From: Vairimorpha necatrix
Taxonomy: Eukaryota
Direction of reading: 5' to 3'
Length of the DNA: 64,000 bases
NCBI GenBank assembly: GCA_036630325.1
Contig: CP142731.1
Span: forward strand, 868,001-932,000
Shown: positions 24,031-36,557 of the stretch, piece after piece
Layout: each line of letters starts with the position of its first letter
How positions within the stretch are numbered: position 1 is the first letter of the stretch
The notes under the pieces: generated by a model
The model's input: the letters and a program-made list of their open reading frames with translations, nothing else
The model's database searches: none
What the model was told of the DNA's origin: nothing
Position numbers and translations under genes: made by a program

Positions 24031-27000
24031 CACTTTATGCCGTGGGCTTCTATATGTTTTTTTTGCTTCAACTATTTTTTATTTCAAAATTTACATTTTT
24101 TAAGCATCAGTGTTAGTAGTTATATAATTTCCAGTTTTTATATAATATTTTGATACAAGCATCTAACAGGCTATGTCTTCAGAATTTATAAAAATAAAAC
24201 TAGAATTGTTCTAAAATATACATAGATTACCTTATATGACAAAAAAATCTTCTAATTTTTATTATTTATATACTAATTAATTATTTTTAATGAATTTCAT
24301 ATTTAATTGTTTTAATATAAATTTACAAAAAATCAATTTCTATGTAAAATTGGTCATGACCTATTAAACCGCTTTGAAAATTTGAAAGGACTCCTAAAAA
24401 ATGACAATGTTGGTAAGAAAAAAATTTGTCCCAAATAAAAAACTTTTTTATAAACAAATTTAAGTTCATTTTAGAAAAAAAAAATAAATAATGCATAACA
24501 ATTGTGTGCCTTACTTGTTCTGTGTTTAGTAGAAATGCGGCAATTCTCCTTGAGGAATTACAATATGTATCACTAGTTCTAAGGTAATCATTATCATTGG
24601 TTGCATATGATGCTGCACTAGACAAGTCACCGGTAAGAGTACAGGATTGTAAGTCACGTCATCAACGTAGTGACTATCACGATCCTAGATAACAATACCA
24701 TACAAATTATAAGAATTAGGGTTCTTTCCAAGAAAATTATCGGCCCAGACATGAAACAAGCCAGGACAACACAATGAGTACCCTTTAATGTTCCTCTTGT
24801 CTTTTTAAATTTATGAAAATCGACCCATATATCATCATCTTTATTTATCTAAAATAAAATACCAAGTTTTTTTTTACAATTTTTTATAAGATTGATGATT
24901 ATCTAAACCCGTTCCAAACGGTCATGTATCGTAAAATTCTATATTTGCTTAAGATAATTGATTCGAAGCATTGTTATTCACCAAAAACCTTTTAAAGTTA
25001 ACTAGAAAGGGGCCATTGGTACGACGTATTTGGAGCTATTATTACTTAAAAAACTAATGTGATCAGATTAAACAATGTTTGAACCTTGAGTCTTTTATTT
25101 ATTATAATTATAAAAATAATTACATATAAACTTTACAAAAATCTAAATTTAAAAAATCTACATTTCTAATATATAAATTTCAAAAAATTTGTTAAAACCA
25201 TAATTTATTTTTAAAGGTTTAATATTAGTAATTGTAACGGACTAGCGTTGACCCCCTATGATTTCGTCCCCCCAAGCAGGATTGATACTCTAGGAATTTT
25301 ATTCACTTGCAACATTGATACTTTAAGTATTTCAAGACCATGCAAGCACGACCCCTAGGAATTTTCATTCCAGTGCAGGCATTGAACTTCAAGTTTTAAT
25401 TAAAAAGAACCAACTGCATCAAAATATAATAAAATATGAAAATCATACAAACTGAATTAGAACTAACGAGCTAAGCGCAGGGAACTCATGGGCACACCAC
25501 TTCAATATGCATACTAAAAAGATTAATCTATATCTAAAGAAATATTTGCATGCTGAATTAAATAGATAAAATGATTTTACCTTTCAAAAATCTATTTGAT
25601 CACAATAATTTAGCATTAATTAAAAACCTTGGGCTTACGTAATTATTTAAGAAAAGCAACAAAAAAAGTTAAAAATTCTAGCAATTATCTTCGTATGTAG
25701 ATTACAATATATTAAATAATTAACCCAATGTAAAAAACAAAGGGTTTTCATAGTGAACAGCTTACGTCAACGGAGGTTGAATGTGGAGCTTTATCAACCT
25801 CATAATAGAGTATTAACAGCTTTGAATAATCAGGCAATAGTCCTCCTTAAAATCTTTGGACACTTAAGAAATGTCGTCTCCGAATGAATCACATATTATA
25901 ATCGCAACCTTTTAAAAATGTACACAGTCAGTATTTCGGTTTTTAAAGTTGGAGCAAATTTTAAATGGTTAAATTATTATACGCGTATAAAAGTTTAAAA
26001 TTGAGTTTAAAGGATTTTAACAATCATAAATGTGCATTCTAATTTCGTTTGAGCCTTTTTATAAAAAATTAAAACAGGAGAGAGGCTACAAAAAACCTAA
26101 AATTTTTATTTACAATATAAAAGGTCCCCATACATCTTCAAATGTTTGATAAATAACATTTAATCCAAGTATAAATATTCATGTGTATAATTTGTTGTTG
26201 TTAAACATAGTAGACCGCGTCATCCTCGGTATACAGACAAATATTAAGATTTTAAGAAACTTTAACCTGAACAATACAAAAACTTTTCTCTAAAGAAATT
26301 AAATATTAGCCTTTAAATTTTTGAACCGAATTTGAAAATGAACAGCATTTTACTTCTTTATACAAATTTTTAAACTGTAATTGTTCCAAACATTATGCGA
26401 CAAAGAGGTAATATTTAACTTATTTTTTAAAATATAATGATCATATTTTGTTTTTACAGTATATAAGGATAATTCTTAATTGAATATATGAAAAAATTAA
26501 AATTATACTTGAAAAAAAAATTTGTTGCGTCGATTAGTGTTTTTAAGAAAAAACTTTTTCTGATATTGTTGATTATAATTACCTTGCAAGAATAGATTGC
26601 CATTCTTTAGTCAATGTTTCATGTTTTACTTTTAAAATTGGTGACGGTTTCATTAAGCTACAGATTTTATTAATAATATTAAAAGAATTAAACTAAATCT
26701 TCTATTTTAGTATATCTGTTCGATCACAGAAATTCTCTCAATATAGTGAAATGTAAAACTGAAAAAACAAAACATAATTTCTCTATGTCTAGGCTAAATA
26801 ACCTTTAAGATTTAAGAGCAAATTATAAAAATTAGGTTGTATTCCTTTATTTTGCATTTTTTACGATAAAGAAATTGGATGCAACGTTTTCGCGCCACAA
26901 TTATTACTTACATTATTTCTAAGCATAATTTAGAGATTTTTTTATTTAAATTACAAAATTTAGATCGTAATTATATTTTTTTTGTTATTTTGAAGATAAA

Positions 27001-29227
27001 TGCACAGAAATCATCATTGTATAAGTTTAAAAAGAGCATATTTTAAAATATGTTAACTTCGCAATAAAATTTAACCTATATATTGACGAACAGATTATCA
27101 AATTTGTTTTGTATAACAACCAAACAACTTTATAACTTTGTACAATTGTTTTAAGACTTAATCTCTGTTCTAGTGAATGTCTCACTTGTTTTATTCAAAA
27201 AAAAAATTTGAAATTGTTTTTTATGCCTCAATAATTCTATCGACAAAATACATACTAGTAATAAAACAATCAAACTTAAAAAAATAAACAGACAAATATT
27301 TTTTGATTGTATCATCTAAAATTCAATTGTCCAAAATTATGAGCATACAAATTTAAAGTCTAACAACTAATTTAAAAATCTATTTTTATTATAAGAATTA
27401 ATAACATTTTATTTAGTTAAAGATGATTAGAAAAGAATTACACTATTATATTCTCTAAATATCTGGGATTTACTATTTATATTCAGGTTAATATCTCTCC
27501 TTTGAAAGATCTCGATCACTTAATTGCAACATCTGAGCATTAACCGCGGAGAATGCTATAACATTGCTAAGTAAACTTCTATTGGATAAGCCACATCTAT
27601 TATAATCTATTTTTGGCAACCATATAAAAGTTTATTATCTTCAATTTACCTCAACTGCCGTGCACTATTAGAGGTCACTTACGATCTAGCTAACTCTACT
27701 ATGTTCTTAGTTCCAAGCCTTCCTCGGCGAGTCCCTGTCATTGTCCAAAGAAGATGCTCTCTTGTGTCTTCTTTATAATTCATATTTGTATGTAATCTTT
27801 GGCAATAGTCGATAGGCCGATAGCATTTATATAATTGTTATGGTAATGTCTTAATTGGATAAGCCACAAATATATATATAACACTTGTGAATACTAGCTA
27901 CCCCCCTTATGACGATTTTTGTTCGTAGGATTATGAAGCTTTTTATTTTGTGGTTTTTAACACTAACAGCCCACTTAAAATGTTAAACCAAATACAATTT
28001 GTCAAAATCAAAAATCGGCCTGTAGATGTAATTTTAATAAAAGTCAGTAATAAACATTGTAATACTTCAAGTAATAGACATTTTGTATTTAATCTTGAGC
28101 TACAATTTTAAATCGCAACTCTTAGTCAAAAAATCATCGATAGGTGTCATATAACTGTATAGTCAGTTAAAAATCGTTCTTTATCTAACGATACAGCATC
28201 TATTTAATAACCATGCATCTTTGTTGGGATTGATCATAGTATAAACGACAAATTTTGAACCTCTTACGTATTTTAAAACAAATATTTCTTTTCGTAGACA
28301 GAATGGAAATCTTTTTATTTCGTCGTTCTTAAATCTTTCAATTTCTATTTTTTTCATTCAAAGTAAACATGAAAGAAACAGCTTACACTTATAAAGACTT
28401 TATCTATGTAATGATGAATATTGTCTATACGTGTTTTGTTCTTACAGTAAAAAATATTCAAAGCATAATTTAGACGTATATGTAGAAAAATACACTCAAA
28501 AATCATATTTGACATATCAAAGTTAAGGATTATTTTTTTATTTATCATTTTTATGAGTTAAATAATCAAATAGATGTTCTGATGCATTGTGAGTATATTA
28601 TAGCAAGTTGTTCTAAAACACTCTGTAGAACAATTTTTACGTTTTCCTGGAGCTTATGATGCCGATTTGAAGTGATTAAACTATTTTTAAGACATAAAAC
28701 ATAATAAATAAAAATAATTATCTGGTTATTCACTAAAATATAATATTGACGATACCAGGAAAAAAATGAAGATTCTTTAAAATATATACGTCCCTGTTCC
28801 CGTGACTAAGTAAAAAATTTTGACACATTCTGCTCTGTGGATACTCAATTACTTTTCGGTCCTCAAAAATTGCTTATAATTGCTAATTTACATATTTAAT
28901 TTTCAAAATATTGTTTTTTTTTGATTTTTCAATAAAAAAATTCTTAAGAGCTTAAAGGGGGTTTAATTTCCAAAGCGCCCTTTATAAAATATTACATTTG
29001 AGTCCAATTATATTTTTTGTTATATGTTCTAAAAAGTTTTTTACGTATTGTATCATATTATCTACTACACATCATTGGTTGTTTGCTGGTTAAATTTTAT
29101 TGCAACAAATTCGATAATTTAACAAGATAATAAATTTCTTTTTCAAAAATTTGAATATTATAAATCTTAAAACACACCTTATATAACTTTATATCAAGAT
29201 GAATTAATTTTAAAGAAAAAAAGACTT

Positions 29228-30079
29228 TTAATCAAAAAATACATTAAGTCTTTCTGTATTTACGCGCGATATATCAAATTTATCGCGATTTTTGATTTTA
29301 TGTGTTATTATAACTCTAACTACATAAAACAGTATTAATAATGAGTAGCAAGCTTCGAGTATTAACAACAGACTAGCAAGAAGAAAACTATAAATGAATG
29401 TAAATACTATTATGGCAGCTAATCCTAAGCACCACAAAACCAACAATAAAATAAAAGAGATATTATCATATTTACCTTTAAAGTGTGTCATACTAGAAAA
29501 GATATGGTCTAAAAATAAGGCTAAAAAATTTATAAAATTATAAATGCTAAAATATTTCTTATTTTTTGCAAATAAATCTTCTATAACTAGAAAGCCTAAC
29601 CATACCAAAGTGCCCTTTTTACCCGAACTTATCATTTCGTCAAATACATAACGATTAATAAATAAAAAATCAAGACCAACTCTTCTATTGTACAAATGAT
29701 ACAATACATCGTTATTTTGATTAGTTGTAATCAACAAAAACACTAAAGTTATACAATGTATTATAATAGAGATTATTACTTTAGTATTAAACTCATCTAT
29801 AATACCTATGTAGATTATGAAAACTAACGAAAAAATTTTAACGATTCTGAGAGTAGTTCTGTAGCCCAAGCCTTTTATAAAGTAAAATCCAGTGTAAAAT
29901 ACGATTTCCATAATAAGTAAAATTTTTGAAAATGTTAACAAATATTTTGCAATTAATAATTTATGGTCTGTTTTTTCAAGTGCTTTAAAACGACTCAGTA
30001 CGGATCTCGTAACCAGAATGTCTATGATCAAACTTGAGAAATACAGTAGCATAAAAATAAGATGTTGTAAATTTTTCAT
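29228..30079 (-). CDS. Multi-pass membrane protein, family member (subfamily C)
   Basis: 283-aa intact ORF, CCCTAAA before ATG, YNRRVGLD motif, C-terminus like that of 47071-47922. Confidence 0.9.
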   Translation of the reverse strand: MKNLQHLIFMLLYFSSLIIDILVTRSVLSRFKALEKTDHKLLIAKYLLTFSKILLIMEIVFYTGFYFIKGLGYRTTLRIVKIFSLVFIIYIGIIDEFNTKVIISIIIHCITLVFLLITTNQNNDVLYHLYNRRVGLDFLFINRYVFDEMISSGKKGTLVWLGFLVIEDLFAKNKKYFSIYNFINFLALFLDHIFSSMTHFKGKYDNISFILLLVLWCLGLAAIIVFTFIYSFLLASLLLILEACYSLLILFYVVRVIITHKIKNRDKFDISRVNTERLNVFFD

Positions 30080-31928
30080 TTTAGGGACCTAAAAAATAAA
30101 GTTTATCTTGAAATTATTGATTCATATAACCATTATATGAGTCAAACATAAGATTTATTATATTTTACTCAAGAGAAGCTTATATTTTTTGATACATTTT
30201 TAATATGACGAAAATAATTCACTTTTGAATACACAATACTACTTACTATTTAATTGTTTTTCCAATAATTTTGAAGATAAAAGGTAAAAAAGAAGTAGAT
30301 AAAGATCTTATATTTTATTTAACTTTATGTACAACCAATAATTCCAAAAAATTTCTCTATGTAAAATCTATGACATATATTTTGACAGAAATGACTCAAT
30401 TTTTTTTAAAAAAATATTAAGTCAAGAAGGTATGCAAAAAATATAAATAAGAAATAAACAAATATAATAATTAAATATACAAAACTTACAAAATATTTAT
30501 TTTTGGATAAAAAGTAATATAGTACGTAATAAAAATGGTGCGTATAACCCCCCAGAAAATTTTGATAAATCCCACATTTTATTACTATCATTGTTCATGT
30601 TATTGTTTTTCAGTAGTGTAAAGATTACTGCGACTAAATACAACACTATATTTTTTCTCATTCCTAAATGATGTTTTAACGGAAGTATATTATTTTTTCG
30701 ACCAAAAACTTAAAAGTATTAATTTAAATTTGTATAAAGAAGATAGATAAATATATGGTTAGCGAAAACTATTCATAGGTAGTTAGACACTCATCAGTCT
30801 ACAGCAATGATAGATATGTAAAGATTGAAAGTTATTCGCACAAATGTATCAAAAAGATGAAGTATCATGACGGAAAATTATGTCTTAAAGCAAGAATAGA
30901 TTAAGCTCCCCTATATTCTTAAAAGAGTAATACATGCATAGAAATTTTTATCATCGTAGTAAGTTTCAAATAAGCTATTTTCGTTTATTTTGCATAAAGT
31001 TGTAAAAAAACAAATTAGCATCAAAAACATTATTATCTAATCGACTTTTAACTTATATAAAGCGTATTTTTTAGTAATTAGGTTTGTCTTACTCTTGTAT
31101 CAATTTTTCTTCAAAATGTCTAAACTTGCACTAAATCATAGTCAATGTAAACATTTGAGTTTGAGAAAACTTATTTTACAGCAATTAATGTTCATGAAAA
31201 TAATTTTTTTCCATTTTTTTAATCTCAGCTGTAAATCTGAAATAAAAATAAGATTTTAAATCGATTTTGCAAAATCTAACAACAAAAAATGCTTTTATTA
31301 TGCATTATTTTTAATAAATGAAATAATTCTGCTAAAAATGTTACTTTAATTTGTGCATATATAAATATAAATTTTACGTTCTATAGTCTGAGAACGGAAT
31401 TCTAGGATTACGAAAAATGCAAACGTTGTTTGTTATTTCTAATATAGTCTGTTCATTACACTGATACACAAAAATTATAATTTGTACCTGAAAATTTGAT
31501 TTTACAATAAATATATTTGTTTTTCTTATTTTGTAAGTATAAAATTATAAGTTAAACAAATTGAATTCTTACGAACGAACGAGGCTTAATATATTGCATC
31601 TTACCCGAAAAATTTTATAGTAATCACTAGGGAGGTATGATGAAAAGTTTCACAAATCATATACCACAAGACATGAAATCATTATAAAGTCAGAAGAGTA
31701 CATCTAGATTATCTCGCTGAAGAAGAGTAAAAAACATATCTCTTGATTGCCGAAGGCTAGAAGACGAAGACAATCTGTAAAGAACTATGGAGCGTAGAAG
31801 CTACCTACAAGCAAGAGTCGCTAAGCAGAATCTAACCTTGTTAAGCTAGAAATATAAACTACATTAGGCATGCACCAATTAAATTAATTTTTATTGATAC
31901 ATATACAACAATCATGTAATTCTTTCGT

Positions 31929-33335
31929 GGCGCTAGCGGGAAAATCGCCTCCCTCTCAAAAGCGTATAAAAATAAAATATTACATCTTTAAAATCAAAAA
32001 ATCTCTCGATGTTCGTCTACCTTGTATGTTTTTTTTAGGGGGGAGGGTTTTCCAAGCCAAAGACCTTTTGTCTTTTCTTCCATATTTGTCTTACCTTTCA
32101 TGCTAGGAATTATGGAAAAGGTAGGAGAACTTATCCATGGAATCCTTATTTCAAGACGATGATCTCGCAATTACACTTTTGGCAGAACTAGGTGTAATAA
32201 AGCCTACTATTCCATGTGTCCAAAGTCAAGCCATGGGAACATGTATATCGCTAGAGTTTCTCCCTTATTGATGGGAAAGTGTACAGTTGTGCCGTAAAAA
32301 AATGCGAAAAAAAATGTAGTATATAAAACAATAAAAATATTATAAAATGACCATCGAATTAAAAAAGATTTGAGGTGTTATTATTGTTAGATCTTTTTTT
32401 ATTCAAATTATCAAGCTATCAATTTTTGCAGAATGGCTGAATCCACATACATTGAATTTAAAAATATTTAATGGACATTGCAAGCGAGAAACCTTCGGCT
32501 ATAGAAAAGATATGGGGAGGAAATTTAAGGGGTCAAGTCGACGAAACTGCCATATTCAATGTCTAAGTAATTAATATTCCGTCATCTTTACACGACGATA
32601 CTCCTAATATACAATAAATACTTGGAGGAGTTGTAAAAAGTGGTGGAACGAATTTTTTTTGTTTATTTAATTTTTAATAGAAAACATGAAGCTTTGAAGA
32701 AGAATTTAAAAAACATTTAATCCCTTATAACAATTATTATTACCGATGGATAAATATCTTACACTAAAGCTGTGACTAATTTTGGATCTGAGCATGAGAT
32801 AGTAAATCATATAAAAGGATTTGTAAACATCGAGGGTGGACACACAATACAGATTATAATCTTTGGTCTTACCTAAAACACGATTATAGAAAAATAAGTG
32901 TATTAAGCCATGACCGCATTGCTAAATTTTTAGAATAATTTTCTTGGCGTAAAAATCATTGCCAATATAGAAAAAAAAACTCCATTTCTCATGCTTTGTG
33001 TGGTATCTTTGTGCAGCACAGATCCACAAGAAGAATTGTTTGTTTGTTTACACAACAAACATATAAAACTATAAATATAATTTCAGCCCTTACCCATACA
33101 TAAACAACAACAACGATGAACACCAGACGAACTAAACAGAAAACAATCACAGGGAAGAACCCTATATCTAACAACATAAATAAAAAAATTGTAAATAAAA
33201 ATATTTTAGAGACATACTTCGAATTAGGATATGTCACTTTGCTTTACTTTTACGAAAATACGAGGTTATTTAATAAATATTTCAAAAATTTTAGTAATTT
33301 TTTTTTCGAGGGGGTGCGATTTTTATAGTAGCGCC
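31929..33335 (+). mobile_element. Decayed Merlin (ISXO2-like) DNA transposon, copy 2
   Basis: TIRs GGCGCTAGCGGGAAAATCGC / GCGATTTTTATAGTAGCGCC; internal sequence homologous to copy 1 (QVDETA near 32533); many stops and frameshifts. Confidence 0.85.
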
Positions 33336-36300
33336 TAATTCATTGGAAATATTATCAAACGATGTGTTTTGTAGCGTTTCTGCATTTTTTTGTAGAAATA
33401 ATTTTAATAAGTACTCTGATGTTTCTTATAAATGATAAAACTTTTTATTTTGCAATCAAAACAATGAATTTATAGTATTTATTTTAAATTTTGCAAAAAC
33501 AAAGGTCTGCTTTGTGATAATTATTTCATATTTTTCATTGCATAATAAATAATAAAAGAATGTGACTTATAACAACTTTTAGGAATTAAAGAATTAGAAA
33601 AAATGAATAGAAGCGTACTTATAAATACGATAAAATATATTAACAACTTTTGAACATATTGTAAATTACTATCATCTGACATTTTGCTTGATTTTGATAC
33701 TGAATGTTACATGAATAAAATTGACCTCAATAATGAGACAATGTATGCTATTAACAATATATAATAAATCTTATTTAAAAAAAGTTTTTTAAATGCTTTA
33801 ATTTTAATTAGGTAAAAAAAATTTATTATATTTATTTACCAAGAAATAATTAACCATCATATCGATATCTTGTAAATTATATAATGATATATACTGAAAA
33901 TACTAAGAAAATAATATCAATGTATACAGGACAGAATTAAATAAAGTCGATGATATTTTCATTAATAAAAATCAAATGATTTAATGTTAGAAAACAATGA
34001 TAATAAATTAGAAAGGGTTAATAAAATCATCAAAATGTAATTAGCGTTAATTGTTGTAAAAATAACGTAAAAAAATAACAACTAGATTGTTTAAATGATA
34101 AATACAAAGATAAAAAAATAAATTACATTAATTACTTAAAAAATATTTTAAGGCAAAAATTTTAGAAAACTCCAGAAAATAAACAGCATCTTTTTTATAA
34201 AAGCTTTGAAAAAATTTACAGTGGAAACACATAATAAACATTTAAGAATTTGTAATAAAAAAATGCTAACTAAATTCTTAAATAAGAAGATGGATTGAGG
34301 AATAAATTAGGCAAATTATTTTTGACTATTACATTGAGCTGAAAGAGTTAGAATATATGGTGAATATTATAGACGAAAATTTAATGGCAAGTACAAAAGT
34401 AGAGAGATAATACATTTCGCTATTTTAAAAAAATGAATGCGAAGGAAAATGTTATGAATAATAAAAAATGATATTGAACATATGCTGTAGAGTATATACC
34501 CAAAAGTGAGTTTCGAATTAGTGTAATCATTAAAAATAAATGAAAAATATTCCTTAATATTCAAATTATGTTTGACTGTATTGAATTTAGTGAAGTTTTA
34601 AACAAAGAACTAAGAGTAAATATTCATGACGAAAACATACAAAATTTATGAAACTAAATATATTAAAAAATAAATAAATAACAACTTTAATTTACATAAT
34701 ATATCATATTATCAGCATCTTCTAATTTAGAATATTTTTATTTGCTTTATCATAATAACAATCTGATATTACTTCAATATAAATTATAAGCTAGGACGAA
34801 TTTCAATTATTTGCAAAATAAAAACAATAATGTTTGATTAAGGTAAAGTATGCTTGTCTTAATTTAAAGTATAATTCTAAAATTTTTTATACCTTTATAG
34901 ATAAACTTTAAAATCTTGTAGAATAAAAATTGCAACTTAAAATATATAAAAGACAAGTTTATTTTCACAATAAAGATACTTATGCATTGTTTTAATTTTT
35001 TTAATGATTCGGATATACAAATCTTCAACCGTCAATTCTAAACAAACTGAAAGCATCAACAGATATTTTACTGTAAAAAAAAACATTATGTTTTTGATTA
35101 TTATACATTCGCCATGAAATAGATAAAACATGTCTGTTGATGACTTAATGAAGATTGCAGCGATGCCGAAAGGCTTATAAAGTTAGAGATAGAACGCAGT
35201 GTCTTTTGATTTGTCCTAACAAAAAGCCTTAATTTAGCTGTGTTAAGTGATTTTTTACTTATAATTTCTTTCCGAAGGTATGAATTACGTATTACTTATA
35301 AATATATATATTACGTTATAAATGTAATAAACATAAAATGAAACGTTTTATACTGATTAATATCCAATTATAAAATTTTTTTGCAGGATTTTATTTAATT
35401 GTTAATTACTATCATGCATGAAAAATATTTTTTTTTCATTAATTTTGCATTAAAAAAAATTTACTTATACAATATGTGGTATCAGTAGCTTAAAATACTG
35501 AAACAACATTGTTTATGTTGGTGTTGAAAAAAATTAAAGAAAAAAAATTTCTAATAATACGAGGTAATAATAAAAATGTATTTATAAGGGAGCTTTATTA
35601 ATATATTATGTTGAAGGAGTTTACAAGCATATGGGGGTTTTTTATTAAATATTATAAAGATACCAACAAATTATAATATATAAAGATCCGAAAATTTTGA
35701 CAAAATTGTTTTAGTTACATAGCTTTTGAAAAAAAATTTAAAATATCAATGAAGATAGGAATTAGCAAACTTAACTAAGTATAATAATGATAGCAAATAA
35801 AGCTTAAACTGTACACCATGTAAATTAAGATAATCTCTTTGAGCAAAAACCTACTAAAAAGTAATTCTATGCATAAAACGTTTATGTTTAAACAAAACAA
35901 TGTTTTAATAAGAAGTTTTAGCGAAAGAATATGGGCCAAATGTACAATGTATTTGAAAACCTTAAGAAAATAATAAGAAACAAAAAAATACTGTCATTAA
36001 AGTATTTTAACCCTTGTTAGTCTGATGTAATTGTTATTGCTCTAATTATAAATTTTTACCTAAAATCGACCATAAGGAACATGGAAATTTCAAAATTTTT
36101 TTCATATAATTTTTAACGTAGTTATTTAAGATTTAAACCGAAGATAAAATTTCTATAGTATGAAATTTTTAAAACAAATATAAGTCAACCTTAATTTTTA
36201 TTAGCTTGAAATCTTTGTAGGTATTATATGACTAAATTAATAATTGATGCATATAGAACCGAGCAAAGAAGGGGTAAAATGAGGTCTCGGTTTATTTTTA

Positions 36301-36519
36301 AAGAATCAAAATACATAAATCAATTTTAAAGTTTATTAATACAATCGTCGTCGTGTTTGTGAAAAGTATGGCTAATGTTACATTACAAGTTTTCACTTTC
36401 GGAATACAAATTTATATAGTGATTTTCAAAATTTTAAACTTCTATAATACAATAATTTAGTATAGAAAAACTTTTAGAATAAAAAAAGAACGTTCGCGTA
36501 AATTTACAATTTTATAGAA

Positions 36520-36557
36520 TGTAGGGTTTAGAACCCTTAATAAATAAATGGTTAACA
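36520..36557 (+). repeat. 5' LTR (38 bp)
   Basis: TGTAGGGTTTAGAACCCTTAATAAATAAATGGTTAACA, identical to 39548-39585. Confidence 0.92.

Larger units (their letters stand above)
12012..24300. repeat. Segmental duplication, block A (direct paralog of ~36.1-48.5 kb)
   Basis: Colinear genic and intergenic similarity, e.g. 16620-19130 with 43040-45590, and the same three-gene order. Boundaries approximate; similarity may extend left to ~10.7 kb. Confidence 0.85.

Noticed and set aside
24323..25200. Broken minus-strand coding-like region
   Set aside because: Multiple stops and no defensible homology; it may be an old pseudogene.
25233..25505. GC-richer segment starting TGTAAC with a repeated CTAGGAATTTT (solo LTR?)
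   Set aside because: No right end or TSD could be defined.
35135..35220. TGATGA plus a GCC-GAAA-GGC hairpin (snoRNA or ribozyme?)
   Set aside because: No nearby D box, terminal stem or complete catalytic core.
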